Positions 56,133-62,818 of a stretch of DNA of 64,000 nucleotides are shown piece after piece (position 1 is the first letter of the stretch; each line of letters opens with the position of its first letter). The DNA lies in IMG/VR virus record IMGVR_UViG_3300036781_000418, positions 62,001-126,000 of that record; one strand, given 5' to 3'. Below the pieces are notes generated by a model that saw only the letters and a program-made list of their open reading frames with translations, searched no databases and was not told the origin of the DNA. The translations under genes were made by a program, and so were the position numbers.

Positions 56133-56792
56133 ATGAAGCTCAACATCTTCGAGGCGCCGCCCTCCATCACCCGTAAGGTTCACCCGGACGCCATCAAGGG
56201 ACCCGCATGGATGAACAACATGGGGCTAACTGACCTCGCCGATCGATGGAAAAGCCGTACCAAGGAGGTGGACGGCGACGTGTTGATGGTCAATAACCAG
56301 CTGAAGAACCTTAAGGGCGGCCCGACGATCATCCATGGGACGTACAACGCCTCTAAGAACAAGTTGACGACGTTTGAAGGGTCCCCCACCTACGTGTCAA
56401 AGGACTTCATCGTCTACGGCAACCGGCTAACTGACTTTCTTGGACTGCACATTGAAGTCGGTGGTGACGTGGACCTTAGCAACAACCTGTTCAGGTCCCT
56501 GAAGGACATCCACAAGCACATCCTACACACCAAGACGCTGTCCATTGAGGACAACCCAATCGAGTCGCACGTGCTTGGGATCTTCAAGATCAAGGGCCTG
56601 GAAGCCCTCGAGTTCTTTCCGCAGAACGACGTAAACCCCAAAGGCATAACGGCTGACTACACAGAAACGGACAACAAGGTAGCCAAGATCGTCAACGACT
56701 GCTTCAAGGCTCACGGTGCGACGAACGTCGGCCTGTTGGAGTGCCAGGAACAGTTGATCGACGCCGGCTTCCATGAATACGCCCAGCTGTAA
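56133..56792 (+). CDS. Leucine-rich-repeat-like protein with CTS-like leader (219 aa)
   Basis: NQLKNLKGGP, NKLTTFEGSP, NRLTDF and NLFRSL repeats. MKLNIFEA start. C-terminus CQEQLIDAGFHEYAQL. Confidence 0.82.
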   Translation: MKLNIFEAPPSITRKVHPDAIKGPAWMNNMGLTDLADRWKSRTKEVDGDVLMVNNQLKNLKGGPTIIHGTYNASKNKLTTFEGSPTYVSKDFIVYGNRLTDFLGLHIEVGGDVDLSNNLFRSLKDIHKHILHTKTLSIEDNPIESHVLGIFKIKGLEALEFFPQNDVNPKGITADYTETDNKVAKIVNDCFKAHGATNVGLLECQEQLIDAGFHEYAQL

Positions 56793-56819
56793 ATACAACC
56801 TGAACCTACCAGGACCAAC

Positions 56820-57293
56820 ATGAAAACCTTGCTCGAACTTCTCTCCATGCTTCATGAGGCCGACGACGATACCACTGAGGATCAAGCGAAGACCGCCAAG
56901 GACCTCTGGGACGCCGGGTCACCTGAGGCCTACGTTTCGAAGATCCAATATGGCATCAAGAAGAACGACAACGGCACCTACCAGGTGACAACCGAGAACA
57001 ACGACCGCCGTCAGGTGATCAGCCAGTCGGTCTCGGCTTCCTACGTCTCGTCGAACTACGTCAAGATGTCCAAGGACGCGACCCCAGACGTCGAAGGCTA
57101 CGTGCTCTACCGTTCGGTCGGCCAGCAGGAAGCCATCCAGTACAAGGGTGATACAGCTCGAATCGACGTGGACGGTAAGACCGTCACCATGAACGCGGGC
57201 GACTACCTCATTAAGACGACGGACGACAACGGTAAGACCTTCTTCTCAGTTGAAACTGAGGACGCCTTCGAATCGGATTGGGAACAGAAGTGA
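56820..57293 (+). CDS. Hypothetical, possibly internal head protein (157 aa)
   Basis: MKTLLELLSMLHEA leader. TAAATA at 56790-56795 overlaps the upstream stop. Confidence 0.72.
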   Translation: MKTLLELLSMLHEADDDTTEDQAKTAKDLWDAGSPEAYVSKIQYGIKKNDNGTYQVTTENNDRRQVISQSVSASYVSSNYVKMSKDATPDVEGYVLYRSVGQQEAIQYKGDTARIDVDGKTVTMNAGDYLIKTTDDNGKTFFSVETEDAFESDWEQK

Positions 57294-58108
57294 AGATTCA
57301 TCAGCTGCATGAGATTTCGTCGGCCGACGAGTACCGCCAGACCACCGCGTATGGTGAGCCCGTGTTCATCATCGAACACTCCTCGACAGGGGACTTTAGC
57401 CCATTCAACAAGTTGATCGCGGTGGCGGCAAAGAAGGCTATGACGGGCGGCCACATGATGTTGAAGGTTGAGGTTAGGAACGCGCTTAAAAGCACCAAGG
57501 GCCTGTCGAAAGCCGACATCGGCGAGATCGACGTATCGAGAAACGACTTGATCTCAATGGAAGGTCTTGAGTGGTTTGACAGCTTCTTGAACATCTCCTC
57601 CAACAACTTGACGGAGCTACGCTGTGCGAAGACCATGCACGCGCTTGAGGTGGACAACAACGACCTGCACACCCTTACAGGTGGTCCAAAGCACTTGAGC
57701 GGACACTACTCAGCTTCTCACAACAAGCTGACTGACTTTTCCGGAGCACCGGTCGAGGTCTCGCAATCGCTGCACCTGTCGCACAACCAGATCTCGTCGT
57801 GGAGCGGCGTGAGCGGTATGCATATTCAGGACGACCTTGACCTAACCGGTAACAAGCTGAGCTCCATGCGCGGTGTTGATAAGGTCCTCAGCGGCTGTGA
57901 GGACCTTATCCTTACCGACAACCCACCGCCAAAGCACGTGTTGAACCTGTTCAACGTCGACGAGATCCGTCAGGGGGTTACCTTTGACGACGCCAAGCTG
58001 TCTAAGATCATCAACAAGCACCTGCACACCGGTGGTAAAGAAGGCATGCTCGACTGCCAAGAAGAGTTGATCGACGCTGGGTACTCACAGGAAGTCGCCT
58101 CCCTATGA
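57290..58108 (+). CDS. Leucine-rich-repeat-like protein with CTS-like leader (272 aa)
   Basis: GTG start (MKIHQLHEI) overlapping the upstream TGA. Several xxNxLxxLxGxP repeats. C-terminus CQEELIDAGYSQEVASL. Confidence 0.82.
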   Translation: MKIHQLHEISSADEYRQTTAYGEPVFIIEHSSTGDFSPFNKLIAVAAKKAMTGGHMMLKVEVRNALKSTKGLSKADIGEIDVSRNDLISMEGLEWFDSFLNISSNNLTELRCAKTMHALEVDNNDLHTLTGGPKHLSGHYSASHNKLTDFSGAPVEVSQSLHLSHNQISSWSGVSGMHIQDDLDLTGNKLSSMRGVDKVLSGCEDLILTDNPPPKHVLNLFNVDEIRQGVTFDDAKLSKIINKHLHTGGKEGMLDCQEELIDAGYSQEVASL

Positions 58109-58911
58109 AGCTACTTCAGGCGCTGTGTGAAGATACTCGAAAGATGAAGATGAAGGATGGGTCGTCCTACCGCATCGTTGAAAGCCCAAACACGCGTACC
58201 ATCTACATCGAAGAAACCGAGACAGGTGACCTAACGCCGTTCCATGGTCAATGGGAGCATATGCGCGAGGGCTTTGAGCACATGATTAAAATCAGTATTA
58301 CCTACGGTAGAATTGGCGGCTTCAACAGCTTCCACGGACTGCCAGCCGAGATCTGTGAGCACGCTGAGTTTAAGTTGGCGGGCAATGACTACATGGACAA
58401 GCTTCAAGGCTGGCCTAGTGGTGGTGAACCATACAGCTTCACGATTGAAAACGCCGCCCTCTCTACCTTTGAAGGTTTTCCAGACAAGTTTGGACACGAT
58501 CTTTCAGTTGAAAACGTTCCCATTAAGTCGTTCAAGGGCTTCCCATCTAACGTTGGCTATTCCTGCAACCTACATGATCTTGACGTAGTTGACTTCACCG
58601 GTGCTACTGGATCTACTGGGCGCAACGTTGACCTTCGCCGTTGTCATGAACTAAAGTCGTTCCGTGGCATTGACAAGCTGTTCAGCGGTGGTTTGGCAAG
58701 CACCTTGTCGATTGATAAGGTGCGTTCAATGAAGCATATCCTGCACGTCATGAACGTTCCAAATCTCCGATTTGTCAGCTTCTCTGACAACACACCCTTG
58801 TCACTACTCATCAACGAACACCTCGATGCCGGTCACGGCAAGGCGGGCGTTGTTCACCTTCAAAACGCCCTGCTCGATGCGGGGTATGACGAAGAGTTCG
58901 CTAGCCTTTAA
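58105..58911 (+). CDS. Leucine-rich-repeat-like protein with CTS-like leader (268 aa)
   Basis: FNSFHGLP, LSTFEGFP, IKSFKGFP and LKSFRGI repeats. C-terminus LQNALLDAGYDEEFASL. Confidence 0.8.
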   Translation: MKLLQALCEDTRKMKMKDGSSYRIVESPNTRTIYIEETETGDLTPFHGQWEHMREGFEHMIKISITYGRIGGFNSFHGLPAEICEHAEFKLAGNDYMDKLQGWPSGGEPYSFTIENAALSTFEGFPDKFGHDLSVENVPIKSFKGFPSNVGYSCNLHDLDVVDFTGATGSTGRNVDLRRCHELKSFRGIDKLFSGGLASTLSIDKVRSMKHILHVMNVPNLRFVSFSDNTPLSLLINEHLDAGHGKAGVVHLQNALLDAGYDEEFASL

Positions 58912-58920
58912 GGAGCCACC

Positions 58921-59091
58921 ATGCTGTTTACCGCTATTTGCCTCTTCATGCTTGGCCTGTTGTGGGGTGGTGCCAGGTGGCTAACTAACTGCGAGCATGA
59001 GTTTGAGCTGGTCATCCATGAGGAGGACGAGCTAGGTTACGCCTACACCGTCAAACGCTGTAAAGTCTGCGGCGAAGAGCGCGATACCTAA
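58921..59091 (+). CDS. Small membrane-anchored protein with a C-H/CxxC Zn-finger-like motif (56 aa)
   Basis: Below the ORF-track cutoff. AGGAG RBS. Translation MLFTAICLFMLGLLWGGARWLTNCEHEF...KRCKVCGEERDT. Confidence 0.6.
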   Translation: MLFTAICLFMLGLLWGGARWLTNCEHEFELVIHEEDELGYAYTVKRCKVCGEERDT

Positions 59092-59147
59092 GTCAGCCGC
59101 CGACCCTAAATAGGTCAGATCGTTCTGATCTGACTCATTCCATATAC

Positions 59148-59717
59148 ATGACTGAAAAACTAGAGAAGCCCAAGCGCAAGATGCGCCCTGGAGGGGGTAA
59201 GGCGAAGGGTAACGGCTTTGAAGGCCAGGTAGCCAAGAAGCTTTCAGCCGCCCTACCCATCAACTTCATCCGCTCACCTGGGTCAGGAGCCCGTGTCGGT
59301 GGCAAGAACTTCGACAAGCTCGGCGCGCTGTTCGGGGCCGAGGCCATGAAGCTCTTCAGCGCGGACGTGGTTCCAATCAACGAGAAGGAGGCGGGCTGCA
59401 CGTTCCGCTTCTCGGTGGAGTGCAAGTCGTACGCGACGTCTGACAACTTCGTTGCGCTAGCCAGTGGAACGGCCAACATCTTCGCATGGTTCCAAGAGTC
59501 CGTGGTTGACGCGGCGAAGACTGACCGCCATCCAATGTTGATCGCCCACTGGAACCGCTCTCCCAACTACGTCTTCGTTCGTCCTTGGCATATGCCACAG
59601 GCCGTCAAGCCAGTTCTCACGTTGATTCACCGCAACGAAGAAGGCTTTGGTGAAACCCTTGACGTCTACATTCTTGAAGACCTGTTGAAGCACCCTGAAC
59701 TTTGGATTGCCAAATGA
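59148..59717 (+). CDS. Holliday junction resolvase, Hjc-type PD-(D/E)XK (189 aa)
   Basis: K.KGNGFE..VAK.LS, R.PGSGA, ADV and FSVECK motifs. TAAATA at 59107-59112 followed by an 8-bp hairpin. Confidence 0.85.
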   Translation: MTEKLEKPKRKMRPGGGKAKGNGFEGQVAKKLSAALPINFIRSPGSGARVGGKNFDKLGALFGAEAMKLFSADVVPINEKEAGCTFRFSVECKSYATSDNFVALASGTANIFAWFQESVVDAAKTDRHPMLIAHWNRSPNYVFVRPWHMPQAVKPVLTLIHRNEEGFGETLDVYILEDLLKHPELWIAK

Positions 59718-60295
59718 TTACCAACCCTCGCTGGACCATCCGCGCGGACGCCGTTCGCCCAGACGGCAACTACTCTGACTTGCTGTCACAAGTCCGTCGT
59801 CACTACGACATGTACTGCTCCGCTGAGCAGTTCCTTGGCCCCTACAACGCCAAGGCCCGTGGCAAGACCATCTACGTGCCGCCATCGCGTGACATGATGC
59901 GTGAGCTGATTAAGCAATGTGGTGTCAACGACGTCACGTACTACGCCTTCCTGTCCTCGCTCGTTCGCTTCTGTGAGACGACCAAGGGCAACATGGCCCT
60001 GCCGTTGGCCCATCCGTCGACCGTGCACTCAATTCAGCTGCCTGAAGGCACGTTCGAACTGCGTCAGCAGGAGCACTCAAAGCCGGTGCTGCAGCTTGGC
60101 GTAGGTGATCCAGTCGAGCTGCGCGGTGACGTGAAGGGCAAGGTCGGCTTCGCAATCTTGCGTCCACGCATGACCCAACGAGGCATGACCTCGGCGACGC
60201 AGTGGGAGGCCCTCCTGTTCGAACACCGTCATGGTTACCTACCTATCTGGACCGACTCAGGTGTCAATCCTCGGTGGGCTGGCTCCCTGACCTAA
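59714..60295 (+). CDS. Hypothetical protein resembling the TnpB N-terminal REC/WED half, with no RuvC (193 aa)
   Basis: ATGA-coupled to the resolvase. Colinear, by-eye resemblance to IS605 TnpB N-terminal motifs (see findings). Unverified. Confidence 0.5.
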   Translation: MITNPRWTIRADAVRPDGNYSDLLSQVRRHYDMYCSAEQFLGPYNAKARGKTIYVPPSRDMMRELIKQCGVNDVTYYAFLSSLVRFCETTKGNMALPLAHPSTVHSIQLPEGTFELRQQEHSKPVLQLGVGDPVELRGDVKGKVGFAILRPRMTQRGMTSATQWEALLFEHRHGYLPIWTDSGVNPRWAGSLT

Positions 60296-60303
60296 ACGGC
60301 TGG

Positions 60304-60331
60304 TTGTATGGTGCCGAGTAGCTTCTATAAT
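60304..60331 (+). promoter_or_regulatory. Sigma70-type promoter for the PolA-like ORF
   Basis: TTGTAT (60304-60309), 16-nt spacer, TATAAT (60326-60331). The ATG at 60341 would be nearly leaderless. Confidence 0.6.
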
Positions 60332-60340
60332 GGTCACTAC

Positions 60341-61585
60341 ATGTCACCATACAAGCTTCACCATCACCACGTTCCAGTGGACCACGTCCTCCACTGGTCG
60401 TTCTTCTGGCCTGACAAGCAGCGCATCCACAAGTCAAAGGTGCAGGTTCGACAGGACCTTGTGCTGTGGTTGGCCGCGGCCTGGGTTGGCTCAAGGTCGG
60501 GCCCACCGGCCCCAAACGGTTTTCGAGGTATCAAGGTTCGACTAACCTCGCTCCGAGAGCTGGTGCGTGACTTCCAGCCAGCCGTTGAGTTCTTCTTCAC
60601 CATCACCCAGCTAGGGTTCAACCTTGAGGACAACTTTGAGGTGAGCACCCTCGTACCGAAGACCCTGTCACCTGAGGCCACTCGTGTCATTGAGGCTGAA
60701 GTCCAGCTGATGAGCTACGTTCCGGCTGAACCGCCGACCGACGCGAACGTCTCGACGGTCTATATCCAATCCAACCTTGATGTTGAGGACCTGGTGCAGC
60801 GCACGTCCAGTGCCGGACGTGGTGAGCTTGTTCCACAGCTCCGTTGGTTGATTGCCCATGGACCTAGGCATGAGTTTCACTTCATGCCGTCTGGGCGTCT
60901 CCAACTGCGAGATACCAGCGTCTACCCCGTCATGGCGATTGAAACCTGGCCAGGTTGGTTGCGCGAGGAGTTGTTTGGGGCGGGCATTGACTTGGACGCA
61001 GCCTACATCCAGTTCCTGATGCACTGGCTCAAGGAGTCGTTCAATCGTTCCGAAGCGAAGCTCAAGCTGTACTTCCCAAGCCTCATGCGGCTGATGTACG
61101 ACAAGGAAGTTTACCGTCGAGAGCTCTGCGAAGAGGGCCTGAAGTTGGAGTACAACGACACGAACAAGTTGATGATCAAGCGGCTGATCATGTGCCTCGC
61201 CAACGGTTCACGCATTTCAGGAAAGATCCTTGTTCGTCGTACTGAATTTTCAGCCGCCACGGCCGTGCTGTTGGCGGCACTTCCTGACGCGACGGACGCC
61301 CAGCTCATTGAGGTTGGCGAGGTGCTTCGTCGAATCAACGACGAGTTTAACTCGGCGCGGCGGTACGTCTACATGGAGCTGAACGCCAAGCACCCTACGC
61401 GTAAGGCGATCAAGGAGGTCTTCATCGAGTACTTCATGTGGGAACGTGAAGCTCGATACGCCCTTTGGGAGGCGATCGACCGCCATGGCATCATGGTTCA
61501 CGACGGCATCGACGGTGTTCCAGCCGAGTACCGAGCTCGACTCGGCGAACTGATGGAGCAGCTTGACCTTCGCTTCTCAGTATAG
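60341..61585 (+). CDS. Minimal family-A polymerase-fold protein with no exonuclease domains (~414 aa)
   Basis: SGRLQ...LREELF..IDLDAA (pre-motif and motif A Asp), IKRL..CLANG (motif B-like) and IMVHDG (motif C). Start placed at 60341, after the TATAAT box. Confidence 0.7.
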   Translation: MSPYKLHHHHVPVDHVLHWSFFWPDKQRIHKSKVQVRQDLVLWLAAAWVGSRSGPPAPNGFRGIKVRLTSLRELVRDFQPAVEFFFTITQLGFNLEDNFEVSTLVPKTLSPEATRVIEAEVQLMSYVPAEPPTDANVSTVYIQSNLDVEDLVQRTSSAGRGELVPQLRWLIAHGPRHEFHFMPSGRLQLRDTSVYPVMAIETWPGWLREELFGAGIDLDAAYIQFLMHWLKESFNRSEAKLKLYFPSLMRLMYDKEVYRRELCEEGLKLEYNDTNKLMIKRLIMCLANGSRISGKILVRRTEFSAATAVLLAALPDATDAQLIEVGEVLRRINDEFNSARRYVYMELNAKHPTRKAIKEVFIEYFMWEREARYALWEAIDRHGIMVHDGIDGVPAEYRARLGELMEQLDLRFSV

Positions 61586-61588
61586 ACA

Positions 61589-61724
61589 CGGCGACACGAA
61601 GCGACGCCGTCGTCGCTCGGTCGTTGAAGGTGATGAGCCAAACAGACGAGGGACCCTAGGGTCCCTCGGTTCATTTCGTGTCGCCGCTACATGAACCCGC
61701 ACTATCTGCCAGCTAATGCCTCTA
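61589..61724 (+). repeat. Dispersed structured intergenic element, copy 3
   Basis: CGGCGACACGA (61589) pairs with TCGTGTCGCCG (61676-61686). Perfect 22-nt palindrome at 61647-61668. Core ATGAACCCGCACTATCTGCCAGCTAATGCCTCTA at 61691-61724. Confidence 0.88.
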
Positions 61725-61739
61725 CGAGCGAGCGCTGTG

Positions 61740-61976
61740 TTAGTACACGGGGTGCGACGACTTGGCCGCGGCTTCAAGGCGCTTGTTGATGAACTCCACC
61801 ATCATGTCCCGTTCAAGGGCGGAGCGATCCATCACTGACTCGTAGGACCAGGAGCCTCGGGAATAGTACGAGATTTCGATGGACGCCTTGATGAGCGTCT
61901 TCACCTCAAGCTGCATTCGATCAATCGACTGTCGGATCTTGGCGTGATCGCCGCTCAAGATCAGGCGGTGAAAAAA
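61740..61976 (-). CDS. gp51-like / chaperone-T segment, either a -1 frameshift extension of the gp26-like gene or a separate 58-aa ORF from 61916
   Basis: Open -1 frame begins across the T TTT TTC site. I.Y..RG..SYE.VMD.S..ER..M.EFI helical pattern. Confidence 0.65.
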   Translation of the reverse strand, partial: FFHRLILSGDHAKIRQSIDRMQLEVKTLIKASIEISYYSRGSWSYESVMDRSALERDMMVEFINKRLEAAAKSSHPVY

Positions 61977-62740
61977 CTCACTGGGTTCAGTGGGAGCTCC
62001 ACCTTCATGTCCTGGCCACAGTCCTTGCACTTGATAGTCACCACTTGATCAGGACCCCAGTCGTTCAGGTTCTCGGCCGCCTTCGTGATGGACTCGATCT
62101 GTGGCGACGTCAGCGTCTTGATCCACTCTTCAATGTGTTCACGCTCCGTGGTGGTGTCTACTGACTCGATCATGCAGAGTAGGTTGTGGACCGACAGCTT
62201 CTTCACGTCGTCGATCGTCATCTCCTTCGACATACCAGTCATCTGGAACATCTCAATGACGTCACGGAAGCGGAGTGGGCGGGTCACCACGACTTCACCG
62301 GAGCTAAGGGTAACCTGACGAACCGTCTCAATCAAGGTCGGGTCCAACTGCTTCATGGCGAGCAGCATGTTGTCAAGGTTGACGATGTAGGAGTGGTCCT
62401 TGGCCTCGGCACAGGTGTGCTTCACCTCGATACCGAACTCATTACCGTACGTTACCAACCGTAGGAAGAACAGCAGGGCGTCGATGTCGCGACCGAAGAG
62501 CTCCAGTGGCTTCTTGATGCTCGGTGCGCACTCGGCGACGATGTCCTCGATGGCGCGACCATTGAACAGCAAGTCCTGGTTCTTCAGGCTAATTTCGTTC
62601 AAGGCCGACAGCGGCTTGATTTGAATTTCACCGGTTGAGTAGCTGGCCTCCAACTCACCGTTGTGGTACAGGGCACCACGTGACGGCAGCTGGAAGACGC
62701 GGCCTGGGAGACGGTGCTTGAGGAGTGGATTGGTTGACAT
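61961..62740 (-). CDS. gp26: Baseplate hub/tail assembly chaperone, gp26-like (259 aa)
   Basis: LPSRG..Y, I.IKPL.A..EI.L.N.D.L.NG.AI, D.DALL..LR..TYG, HTC and C..CG....VEL....FF signature. TAAATA at 62784-62789 (minus). Confidence 0.85.
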   Translation of the reverse strand: MSTNPLLKHRLPGRVFQLPSRGALYHNGELEASYSTGEIQIKPLSALNEISLKNQDLLFNGRAIEDIVAECAPSIKKPLELFGRDIDALLFFLRLVTYGNEFGIEVKHTCAEAKDHSYIVNLDNMLLAMKQLDPTLIETVRQVTLSSGEVVVTRPLRFRDVIEMFQMTGMSKEMTIDDVKKLSVHNLLCMIESVDTTTEREHIEEWIKTLTSPQIESITKAAENLNDWGPDQVVTIKCKDCGQDMKVELPLNPVSFFTA

Positions 62741-62762
62741 TCCGTGAGTTCCTTCTGGGATC

Positions 62763-62789
62763 TAAATATGGGGTAGAGGATGGTATTTA
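62763..62789. promoter_or_regulatory. Overlapping face-to-face late promoters
   Basis: Plus-strand TAAATA at 62763-62768 serves the 62819 gene. Minus-strand TAAATA at 62784-62789 serves the 62740 gene. Confidence 0.6.
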
Positions 62790-62818
62790 CGACCAACCAC
62801 CCAACTCGAAAATGACAC

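Noticed and set aside
59714-60295. Intact IS605/IS607 element
   Set aside because: There is no RuvC or zinc-finger half, no tnpA or serine recombinase, and the gene is tightly coupled to a core resolvase. At most it is a domesticated fragment.
13500-61724. CRISPR array interpretation of the 34-nt repeat
   Set aside because: The copies are more than 20 kb apart and not tandem, there are no regular spacers, and no cas genes are in the window.
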